Shown here: positions 21,414 to 30,289 of the stretch, piece after piece | Position numbering within the stretch: position 1 is the first letter of the stretch | Layout: the number at the start of each line of letters is the position of its first letter | Virus record (IMG/VR): IMGVR_UViG_3300044739_000018 | Coordinates: 64,001-128,000 of that record | DNA: 64,000 nucleotides | Strand: one strand, 5' to 3' | Source of the DNA: a virus | Program-made: the position numbers and the translations under genes | The notes under the pieces: generated by a model | Database searches by the model: none | Seen by the model: only the letters and a program-made list of their open reading frames with translations | Told to the model about the DNA's origin: nothing

Positions 21414-21779
21414 CTAGGCGGCCTGCTTCTCGGCGGCCTTGACGAAAACCGCCTTGTAGGCGGCCCGTCCGGCCTTGTTCTTCTGGCCCGGCTCGGCCTT
21501 GGCGTGGGCGCGCTTGAAAGCGGCCTGGGCCTTGACCTTGAGGAGCGCGTCCTCACGGCTGGAGCCGGTGGTGATGCGGGCGACCGTCTTGCCCTTGACG
21601 ATGACCTCGACGCCAGCGGCGGCACGAAGGTCGTCGCCGGAAGCGTTGAGGGCCAGGGTGCGCTGGACTGCGGAGATCCTGACGAAAAGCTTGTGCCCCT
21701 TGCGTGCGGGGCGCGGCTTCGCCAAGTTCCGGTAGCCCAGCTCGGCCACGGCCGCGGCCTTGCTGATCTTGGTTGCCAT
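21414..21779 (-). CDS. basic Lys/Ala-rich protein (possible nucleic-acid binder)
   Basis: 121 aa, strong codon bias, AAGGAG RBS. Confidence 0.7.
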   Translation of the reverse strand: MATKISKAAAVAELGYRNLAKPRPARKGHKLFVRISAVQRTLALNASGDDLRAAAGVEVIVKGKTVARITTGSSREDALLKVKAQAAFKRAHAKAEPGQKNKAGRAAYKAVFVKAAEKQAA

Positions 21780-21832
21780 GACGGTAAAACTCCTTGCTGT
21801 CTCGCTACTGCGCGTCCTGTCTTGGAAGCGCA

Positions 21833-21902
21833 TGGTGGCTGCACGGGAATCGAACCCGTCACCCTTGAAAGAGCCGCATGGGCGGTGGCACCGAGCACAG
21901 CC
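21833..21902 (-). pseudogene. degenerate tRNA-like element
   Basis: Acceptor GGCTGTG/TGCAGCC-ACCA and T-arm CGGG-TTCGATT-CCCG; D and anticodon arms non-canonical. Confidence 0.5.
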
Positions 21903-23953
21903 GGTAAAAAGTCCGTGTATATAGATGGGGGGCAGTAATACTCCCGCGTTGGGAGAGGTAATCCCGGGCATGTTTCGCCCTACGCCTCTCGGGAGCGTTT
22001 CCCGGCATCATGCTTCCCGCCTAGCGCAACCCAAGCGGGCCATGACATAGCCCATCCGTTCAACGGATGTTCCGGATGACTCAAACCATGGACCTATCCC
22101 GGCTAAAAGCTGCCAAACGGTCCACGGACCACACTTCGTGCCCCGTACCTCGGGCTAGAAGCAGTCCATATGGGATCACACGAACCCGGCCGTACTGCTC
22201 ATGGCGCAGCACCATCGGAGAGCCTTGGTGGCGTGCCCGATCCCGCATTGCGGCAGGAAAGGTGCTACCCGAGATCCGGTTTCCCGGCCATAGGCCAACC
22301 CGGAAAAAGGGCACCAAGGATCGCGATGGATCTATGCGTGGACACGCTTGTCCAGCACAGGTTCGCGAACGTGGAGGGTGATTCAATCTGTAGGCGTCTG
22401 TACCCGCCCTCATTGTGCCGTGTACCGTCAGCACCCGAGGATGCGTCAAGCCACTGGTGGAGCGCCCCCCAACGAAGGGCACCCCTACGCACGAGGTGAG
22501 CAGCACGCTCACCCTCCTGTTATGTCCAGGGGCGATCCTGGGCCAAAAGCGCCCGAACCCCTAGTCGTCATGCATGCACCCCAGTCGCTACCCTGTGTGC
22601 ATGCGGGCGTCCTATCCCGGCCGTAGGCCAACGGACGTACCCGTGCATGAGCGTGGATGGTTGTCTGTCCATCCCCCAGCGTGCCCTGTGAGGCATGCTG
22701 GGGCATGTACCCAACCGTGCTAGGTGGTGGCATGTGCCATCCAGGGGGCAGGAGTCGAACCATGCCCGACCGTGCCAGTGCAGTGCTCACCCATGGTGTG
22801 GCCTGCTGGCGCGTCCTATCCCGGCTCTAGGCCAACGGACGTTGTGCGGTCCCACCCTTCTTCATGCAGCATCCCGAGCTGTACTCGGGGTAGGTGCAAG
22901 GGGACGCTACCGATCCCTGAAGGGCACGTGGCACCACCTAGCGGGGACCTATGTACGGGCGCGCCGAAGCCGGGCGCTAGGCCCGGTTCCGGACGGCCGC
23001 CTACTCTCCTTCGGCGCGACTCCACATGGAGCCGTTGTACGTGCGCACCTGTCCACCCCAGACGCGTCCCCACCGCTCGCGCGGCCCGAGTGACGTGCTC
23101 TTTCGGGTAGCCATGAAGTCGAGGTCGGCCTTCGTGCTCAGCCGCGTTGCTGCCTTGGACTCACCGGCGAACGAGTTGCGTGGCGCGAACCGCAATGCCA
23201 GGGGCTGAGCGTTCACGCGTGCCTTCATGGCGCTAACCATGATGCGCACGTAGAACGAGCAGGCTGGATCAGGGCATACGCCACCCGTCCCGTGCCGGTG
23301 CGGCGCAAGGCCGCGCGGAATGAGAGCGAGGGACATAAGATCCTCCTCTTGTTTGGCCGCGTTGAACTAAGGGGACCATCCCCGACCACGGAGCGCGGTC
23401 GTTCAAAGCAGCGGCGGTTGTCTCTCCGCCTCCCGGCGTCGCAGCCGGGCACAGCCCTAGCTTAACCCAGGGCATACGGTAGTGCCAAGGATTCCCAGAT
23501 TTCGCATAAGTGCAGGTCAGAGGCCCGGGGGGGGTCCGGTATGGGCGGAATGTCCGGTTTGAATTGCTTCGCCTGGTATCCCCGTACGCAGCGAAGAAAG
23601 TCAAAAGTCTAGAGTTGACTCTAGGGTTGGCGAGTCTGAGGTCTCGTGAACGGACGTTTTGAGATCTGTTGCCAAGCACCGCAACAGGGCTGACCTGCCC
23701 GGACGCGTTCCGACAGACGCGGCTGAACAGATTTCACAAGCTCACAATCGCCAACGGACGTTCTGTGGAAATCGAACGAGAAATCAGCTAATGGCGATTT
23801 GACAGCCGCGAAGGCGCAGGTCAGGGGTTGTCAAGACCAACAAACTAGTTGGATTTGTCGTTCGATCCTATGCCAACGGACGTTGAAATGGTTTTGTCCA
23901 CTTCTCCTGGAGGAATGCTGGCGTCAGGGAGACCCGGGCTGTATTCTGCTGGG

Positions 23954-24529
23954 ATGTTCGAACGGTTCACTGACAAGGCGCGAAGGATCCTCGTTGTATC
24001 CCAGGAGGAGGCTCGCGAACTCGACCACAACTTCCTCGGAACCGAGCACATCATGTTGGCGATGCTGCACGAGGAAGACACCATCCCTCATGACGTGCTG
24101 GTCACCATGGGTGCCGACTACGAGCAGGCACAGAAGCTCGTCCGAGCAGCCGTGCCCGCGACAGGCGCGAGCGGCCAGGCTCCGTTCACGCCTCGGGCCA
24201 AGAAGGTCTTGGAACTCTCGCTGCGGGAAGCCCTCCAGCTTGGGCATAACTGGATTGGTCCCGAGCACATGATTCTCGCCTTGGTTCGTGAGGGTGACGG
24301 CATCGGTGTTGCCGTGCTGGAGCAGATGGGTCTCGACTGGGGAGTCATTCGCCAGGGCGTGATCGAGGAAGTGGGCAAGAAGCTCCCTCGTATGCCCGCA
24401 GCAAGGACTGTTACGCTGCCCCACGATGAGGCCAAGGAGCTGCGTGAATGGATTCTGCGGTTCGGCGGCTTGGTAAACCCGCTTCCCCATGCTCTGGACG
24501 CTGTATTGCGGCGCCTCAACAACCTTTAA
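23954..24529 (+). CDS. stand-alone Clp N-terminal (double Clp_N) protein
   Basis: MFERFTDKARR..GTEHIMLA and PFTPRAKKVLELSLREALQLGHNWIGPEH match actinobacterial ClpC NTD; no AAA+ domain. Confidence 0.92.
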   Translation: MFERFTDKARRILVVSQEEARELDHNFLGTEHIMLAMLHEEDTIPHDVLVTMGADYEQAQKLVRAAVPATGASGQAPFTPRAKKVLELSLREALQLGHNWIGPEHMILALVREGDGIGVAVLEQMGLDWGVIRQGVIEEVGKKLPRMPAARTVTLPHDEAKELREWILRFGGLVNPLPHALDAVLRRLNNL

Positions 24530-24612
24530 GTCAACGCAACTGGGTGTTAAGTCAACGCATCTAGCTGATACCCGGAGCATTGACTACTGTTTCACCTTAA
24601 GTCAATCCATGC

Positions 24613-25137
24613 CTAAAGTAGAGTCAATGCATGCCTGAGTAGGCGCATTGGTATGAGTTCAGACGCTGGCATGACGTAGGCACCTTTGAAGGTGCCCTCT
24701 GTTGAGATGTGCTTGATGTCGAAGCCGTATGCCCACCCCACGAACACCACTTTGATGGGTGGAGTCAATGTCTCGACCAATGCCAGGATGTAGATGCTCT
24801 CATCATGCCGTTCTCGGGGCCGAACGGCGAGGCGATACAACTCGTGCGGCTTGCTCCTGCGCATCAACGATGTCTTCACGTCGATGCAGCCGAAGTCCGA
24901 CCCGCCATCACCGACCAACGGGTTCTTGTCGATCTCGGCGCGCCGTTGGAAGTACATCTCCTCGGCTCCCATGTACCGATGCAGTGCAAGTTCCCCGAGC
25001 TGCCCAACGAGCTGATCTTCGATCAACGAGGATTGACGGTCGTCTCCTCGGACCCAGCTCACTCCGCCAATGCAAGCGTTCTCAACGTGCGTTTGAATCC
25101 GGTCGAGCGTCTGCTTGTTGATCAGCGTGTGTATCAC
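24613..25137 (-). CDS. hypothetical protein, possible PD-(D/E)xK nuclease fold
   Basis: GQLGELA...GDGGSDF..IDVKTS pattern. Confidence 0.5.
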   Translation of the reverse strand: MIHTLINKQTLDRIQTHVENACIGGVSWVRGDDRQSSLIEDQLVGQLGELALHRYMGAEEMYFQRRAEIDKNPLVGDGGSDFGCIDVKTSLMRRSKPHELYRLAVRPRERHDESIYILALVETLTPPIKVVFVGWAYGFDIKHISTEGTFKGAYVMPASELIPMRLLRHALTLL

Positions 25138-25543
25138 GGCGGATCCTCTCGATCTCTAGCTGCACGGCGAGGTCGTCAAGTTTCTCGTTGGTCTTGCGCA
25201 GCTCGATCAAGATGTTCGCGAGCAACTGCGCCGTTCCGTGGTCAGAAGTTCCCTTCGACGTGATCTCGTGGACGGCGCAGTAGTAGGAGCCGGGCGCACT
25301 GTTCGGCTCGCGGCAGAGCTTCTCCTGGCATTCGGTCGGCGGCTGCGGCACCGGGGCTGGCAGGCTCGACCGGAGCGTGTGGATCTTCGTCAGGATTTCC
25401 GGACGGGCCAGCGTCATCTTCTCGTGGGCGTACACGATGTCGAGTTCGTCGTCGTATAGCTCGGGGAGCAAGGGCAGGATCTCCGACACCCGCATGTCGT
25501 CGTAGTCCTCGATCACTATGTCCATCTTCAGTTCATCAGTCAT
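25082..25543 (-). CDS. hypothetical protein
   Basis: 153-aa ORF beginning immediately after the array. Confidence 0.6.
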   Translation of the reverse strand: MTDELKMDIVIEDYDDMRVSEILPLLPELYDDELDIVYAHEKMTLARPEILTKIHTLRSSLPAPVPQPPTECQEKLCREPNSAPGSYYCAVHEITSKGTSDHGTAQLLANILIELRKTNEKLDDLAVQLEIERIRRDTHADQQADARPDSNAR

Positions 25544-25551
25544 CGTGCCTC

Positions 25552-27589
25552 GGATAGTCGGCGTGGGCCGGAGAGTTCCGGGTGGACCAGTCGGATGGGA
25601 GGGGTCGAGGCTAGTTGGGTCGGGGTGGGACGGGAAGTCGGTTGGCTCGGTGTGGGGCGAACTGGTTCGTCGGGCGGGGTGGGGCGGGGATGACCAGGCA
25701 TGTCAGGTGGTCCGACGCGGGGAGAAGGGGGCAGGCTGGGTTAGTCGGTAGGGCTGCTGTGGGACGGGGCGGGTAGTCGGCTGGGGACGGGTTGACTGGC
25801 ATAGGCTCGGGAAGTCGGGCAGGCCCGGGTCGGGATGGCGAGGGACGCGACGGGCTGGGGAGCGATGGGTAGGCGGGGGCAGTCGGGATGGGAGCGGGGG
25901 GACGACTCGGCTTGTCGGACAGGTGCGGAAGGGTGCGGTCTGTCGAAGCGAGTGGGGTGCGGGTCGGTGCGACAAGGTTCGTCGTAAGGGGTCGGGCCGC
26001 GCGGGGTCGGGCGGGGAGGGTTGGGTAGTCGGAGCGGGACGAGAGGGTTGGGGGCGCACCGGGGAGGGGCGGGCAGGAACGTCAGTTGGGGCGTGTTGAT
26101 GTGGCTGGGCTTGGATGGTCGGCTTGGATCGAGACGGACGGGGCGGGCAGGGGTCGGCGGGGGTAGTCGTTTGATCAGGGTCGGGTTGCGCTGGGCCGGG
26201 TAGTCGGCTTGGGTCGGGAAGGGTCGGGCGATCTTGGGTCGGCTTGTCACGTGGGAAGCGAAGGCAAGGGGTGGGTAGTCGGAATGGGATGGACAGGACT
26301 GGCCGGAATAAGGTTAGTCACTTGGACAGAGTTGTCCTGGCGAGGGGAGACAAGTCGTATGGGTTGAGACGGCTTGGGATGCAGTCGGCCAGGGACGGGT
26401 CGTCATTCGGGCAGGGGGGATTTGGCATGGCTCGGGCAGTCATGCGTCTTGGGGCGGGTGGCTTCGGGGTGGCATGTCAGATGGGGCGAAAAGGGAGGGA
26501 CGGGTGAGGTCCGGATAGTCGCGCTGGGGCGTGCGGGCACGGGACGGCATGAGTAGTCGCGTAGGTGTGAGACGGGTGGGATAGGCATGGCGTGTCATGC
26601 GGGATGGGTGGACCCGGATGGACGGGGGAGGGGGCGGGTGGGGTTGTCGTAAGGGTCGGCTCGGGAAGGCTTGCCGGGTGATCGGGCGGGCTTGGCTCGG
26701 GAAGTCGTTAGGGCCGGGAGGAGTCGGGGTGGCGAGGGTAGTCGGCCAGGATTGGTCGAGGCCGTGCCGGTATGGACCGGATAGTCGCTCGGGGCGAGAC
26801 GGAGAGCGCCGGGGTGGCATGGGTTGTCGGGGTGGGACGGCTCGGGCGGGGCAGGGTGGGGCCGGATCGGGGGGAGCCGGGCGGTGACGACTCGGGCCGG
26901 GACGGGACGTCGATGCGTGCAGGGACGCGATGGAACGGGGAGGGTAGTCAGGAGGGGATGCGAAGGGTCGGGTTGGGTAGTCGCCAGGGAGGGGGCGTCG
27001 GGGGCAGGGTCGGACGGGGTTGGGTGGTCGAGCAGGGATGCGTTGGATCGGGGAGACCTGGGAAGTCGACCGGACAGGGGCGGGCCGAGGCGCGAAGGGC
27101 TGGGGTCGGGTAGTCGAGAGGGCGGTGACGAGGTGGCTAGGGCGGGATAGTCGCGTGGCGTGGGCCGAGGCGGTACGGGTGGACCCGGGTAGTCAGACGA
27201 CTTGGGGCGGGTGGGACCGGTAAGTCGAAAGAATAGGTCTGACTAGGGAGGGGTAGTCGGATTGATTAGGAGGGCCGCGGCTGGGGGTGGTAAGGGAAGT
27301 CGGTGAGCGCGGGGTTGGGTCGACCAGGGAAGTCAGATGGTAGGGCCAGGGAAGCCGTGACTCGGGACGGGTAGTCGTGCGGGGTGGGTTGAGCTGAGGA
27401 GGCGGGGGTGGGATTGGTTGGTCAGATGGGGCAGGGGATGAAGCGCCGATGGGCTGGGCTGGGCAGGGAAGTCAGATGGGGCGGGTTGGGATGTTGAGAC
27501 GAGACGGGGGCAGGCGGGGGATGTCGGCGGGGGCAGGAGCGGGACGGCGTGGGCAGCGTTGCGACGGATTGGGGAGGGACGGGTAGTCG
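25552..27589. repeat. pentamer-phased non-coding array (about 48 units), candidate guide-RNA array
   Basis: 49 anchors GGNWWGTCR (+); 45 of 48 spacings equal 5n+2 or 5n+3; G at every fifth base within units. Confidence 0.9.
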
Positions 27590-27649
27590 TGTACCGGGAG
27601 TAACCCGGGTCCAAGTTGCCAAGTTCGTTGTTGCAGAACGAACGAGACC

Positions 27650-27669
27650 GGCTACCCCGAAGGGTAGCC
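27650..27669 (-). terminator. 8-bp hairpin with cUUCGg loop between the RAMP operon and the array
   Basis: GGCTACCC-TTCG-GGGTAGCC on minus strand; terminator or processing signal. Confidence 0.6.
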
Positions 27670-27705
27670 CGTCACGTTCAGCCTTTCAAGAGCAAGTTCT
27701 TTTCC

Positions 27706-27912
27706 TCAACGTTTGTTGAGAAGGCGGTGCAAGGCCCGAATGCTCTCAGGCCACTCGTCGTTGGGGAACACGTCGGACAGCGGCTCGCATGACAGCACAC
27801 GGAAGCACGCCTTCTGGCAGCGGTGATGGCACCAGCCGTCGTCCGGGCAGTGCCAGATGGTGTGCATGTCGTCGGTCGGGTCCCGGCCTACCTGCGGCGC
27901 TTCCGTTGCCAT
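27706..27912 (-). CDS. small Cys/His-rich protein
   Basis: 68 aa; CPDDGWCHHRC..C..C. Confidence 0.55.
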   Translation of the reverse strand: MATEAPQVGRDPTDDMHTIWHCPDDGWCHHRCQKACFRVLSCEPLSDVFPNDEWPESIRALHRLLNKR

Positions 27913-28100
27913 TCTTCCCTTGCCTTCTCCAGCGTCTGGCCCTCCGACTTGCTGCCGAACCTGCGGGCAGGGTCATCGGGATCGGGGAAGACCCCGCAAC
28001 GACCACACCGCCCGGACCCATGGAATCGCACGATGGGCCAGACGGTGCAGTCGCACGCGATGAAGTCGATCCCGAAATCATCGAGCGGGTACTCGGCCAT
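27888..28100 (-). CDS. small zinc-finger protein
   Basis: ATG overlaps the RAMP stop; CDC...CGRC. Confidence 0.55.
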   Translation of the reverse strand: MAEYPLDDFGIDFIACDCTVWPIVRFHGSGRCGRCGVFPDPDDPARRFGSKSEGQTLEKAREEWQRKRRR

Positions 28101-28756
28101 TACAGCTTGGCCCACTCCACGACGGCGTACCGTCCGTAGCTCTGGCTGCGGGTGGCACCAATGCCCTGCTGCTCGCCGGTGGTCCAGAGATCGGCCCACT
28201 CGTCGTCGGAGAAGTCGAAGTCGCTTCGCACCGAGAACGGCACCTTCGCGTCCTCGACGTACTCCTCGTACTGAATGCCCGTTCCACGGAAGGTGGAGAC
28301 GAACCGCTGCTGGATGCCGGACGGCTCGGTGACGCCCAGGTGCAGGCGATCCTCGATGACGAAGATGTGCTCCGCCACGAATGCCTTCGTGCCCTTGCGG
28401 GTGGGACCCCAGCGGCGGTCAGGCCAGCGGATCGAAGCCGCCTCCTTCAACGCCGCCTTGAGCTGACGGCCCTCGATGTAGAGGCCCTCGTCGTCTCTTT
28501 TGAACCCATTGAGCTTGGTGGTCTTGACGACCTCGTCGATGGCGTCGTCCTTGACCACGCCGCGCTCCAGCATGGTCTTGGTGACCAGCTCAGAGATCAG
28601 CGCCTGGTTGTCGGCACCGAGGGTCTTCTTGATCCAGCCCTCGGCCACCTTGGGGTCGGACGGGATGCCGCCGACCAGGTGATCGACCTGGAGCACGCCG
28701 CCGAAGCGGTTCTTGTAGAGGGCGTCGCGATGCTTCTCGAACACACTGTTTGCCAT
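28100..28756 (-). CDS. stand-alone Cas7/RAMP-like protein
   Basis: LYIEGRQLKAALKEAA (cf. IPGSSLKGALR of Csm3/Cmr4) and C-terminal Gly-rich loop GIGATRSQSYGRY; AAGGAG RBS. Confidence 0.75.
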   Translation of the reverse strand: MANSVFEKHRDALYKNRFGGVLQVDHLVGGIPSDPKVAEGWIKKTLGADNQALISELVTKTMLERGVVKDDAIDEVVKTTKLNGFKRDDEGLYIEGRQLKAALKEAASIRWPDRRWGPTRKGTKAFVAEHIFVIEDRLHLGVTEPSGIQQRFVSTFRGTGIQYEEYVEDAKVPFSVRSDFDFSDDEWADLWTTGEQQGIGATRSQSYGRYAVVEWAKL

Positions 28757-28777
28757 GATGTTCTCCTTACGGTTCGG

Positions 28778-29299
28778 TTAGACGGATTCCTGCGTGATGC
28801 TTTGGTACAGCCGGGTGAACTCCTCGTCGGAGATCACGTCCTTGACGGTCTTGCCGGTCGGGACCTGCTTGGCAAGCTGCTTGAAGAACATGGCCTCCAT
28901 CGAGAGCCTCGCGGCCTGGCTGCCATAGCTCGTGGCGACATAGCTCAGATCGGCGTTCGTCATGTCGCCCACCTGCCGCCTGGTGTTGCTGTCGTCGATG
29001 ACATACATCTGCGACAGCGGGTTCTCGCCCGCCCTGACCGCGGCCACGAAGTTGTCAAACTTCTCGGCACGCATGAGCTGGCGGGCCTCGGCCCGACGCT
29101 TCGCCAAGGTGTGGCTGGCGACCTCACGGAGCTGACCGAGGGCCAGGTCGTGCTGCCACTCCGACAGATGCTCCGGTGCATGCTCCTCCAGCCAAGCGAG
29201 GGCCTTCTCGGCAACCTCTCGGCTGGTGAAGTCACCATGCTCGGGGATGGCCTGCTCCACCGCGTTCTTCACGATGATCGCTGGCCGAATGTCGTCCAT
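28778..29299 (-). CDS. helical accessory protein co-transcribed with the RAMP
   Basis: 173 aa; GGAGGAGG RBS; 21 nt upstream of the RAMP gene. Confidence 0.8.
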   Translation of the reverse strand: MDDIRPAIIVKNAVEQAIPEHGDFTSREVAEKALAWLEEHAPEHLSEWQHDLALGQLREVASHTLAKRRAEARQLMRAEKFDNFVAAVRAGENPLSQMYVIDDSNTRRQVGDMTNADLSYVATSYGSQAARLSMEAMFFKQLAKQVPTGKTVKDVISDEEFTRLYQSITQESV

Positions 29300-29342
29300 G
29301 GTCCTCCTCCTAATTACGGTGTGGTTGGTGCTGCGGAGAGGC

Positions 29343-29371
29343 AAGGTACATCCATAAGGAGTAGAAGTCAA
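29343..29371 (-). promoter_or_regulatory. sigma70/HrdB-type promoter for the accessory+RAMP operon
   Basis: TTGACT-17 nt-TACCTT on minus strand. Confidence 0.65.
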
Positions 29372-29449
29372 GAGGCAATATGTCCAGAGACGCGAAGAAG
29401 GGGCCGGTTTCCCGACCCCTTCTAGCGCATCCTCCCGTAGAAAGGGAGA

Positions 29450-30289
29450 TCAGGTGGTCACCGGCTTGGCAACCTTGCTTGCCTTGACGATGGCCTTCTT
29501 CGTGGGCTTGGCACCGCGGAGCCGACCGTGCCGAGTGAAGGGGTCGCGCAGACGGCGACCGGAGTGCTTGTTGATGATCTTGATGAAGCTCCTCGCAAGC
29601 TCGATGTGATTGTTCGATCCGGTGACCGAACGGGTCCGAGCCTGGCTGTCCATCAAGAGGGCGCGCGGGGACTCGTTGCGCAGCGCGTCCGCGACCATGG
29701 ACGTGTCCAGGTCGGGGAAGGCGATGAGCGTCAGGGACAGGCCCTTGAGCACCCGGTCATCGAAGGCAGAGGCGAGGTTCGCCCACGCCGACGTGACGAC
29801 GTTCATCGTGCGCCGGACGGCAGTTGCGCCGCCCCGCTCGTACATCCAGTACATGGCCCGCACGGCACGGATGTTCTTGGCACCCGCGTCATTGCTGAGC
29901 TTGTAGCCGAACGACGTGATGATCTCGTCGATCTCCTTGGCCTTGGCCTCGCCAGCGAACAACTGCGCCCGGTGCCGAGCGGCGGGCGTGATGTTCTTGC
30001 GGCCCTCCTGAGCACGGACGAACAGGCTGGCCTGGTCCTGCGGGGTGTCGGGGCTGATCTGCGCCCAAGCTGTCGTGAAACCGAGGCGACGGAGCGCCTC
30101 CAGCCGGTGCTGACCGTCCCACACCCATGTCGGGGCCGAGTGGTCGTCGTGGGCGATCATCAGAACGCCCAACAGACGCGGGTCGTACTCAGCGACGATC
30201 TTCATGACCCGGCCCTCATCCAGCTCCCGCTGGTAGCCCGGATGCACACGAAGACCGCTGAGCGGAATCTCCTTGTACTGCGTGGTCAT
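29450..30289 (-). CDS. ParB/Srx-like (DGQHR-motif) protein
   Basis: YQRELD...VWDGQHRLEAL...ASLFVRAQ; GGAGGA RBS. Confidence 0.8.
   Translation of the reverse strand: MTTQYKEIPLSGLRVHPGYQRELDEGRVMKIVAEYDPRLLGVLMIAHDDHSAPTWVWDGQHRLEALRRLGFTTAWAQISPDTPQDQASLFVRAQEGRKNITPAARHRAQLFAGEAKAKEIDEIITSFGYKLSNDAGAKNIRAVRAMYWMYERGGATAVRRTMNVVTSAWANLASAFDDRVLKGLSLTLIAFPDLDTSMVADALRNESPRALLMDSQARTRSVTGSNNHIELARSFIKIINKHSGRRLRDPFTRHGRLRGAKPTKKAIVKASKVAKPVTT

Noticed and set aside
25552-27589. Canonical CRISPR array
   Set aside because: No 23-47-nt conserved repeat; the anchor is only about 9 nt and degenerate, the inter-anchor sequence is itself periodic, and cas1/cas2 are absent
25552-27589. Simple satellite or G-quadruplex tract as the full explanation
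   Set aside because: G4 formation is possible but does not explain distinct units, phased variable dinucleotides or quantised anchor spacing
25518-27622. Pro/Arg- and Gly/Arg-rich ORFs across the array
   Set aside because: Fragmented across frames with no RBS; by-products of a 5-nt G-rich period
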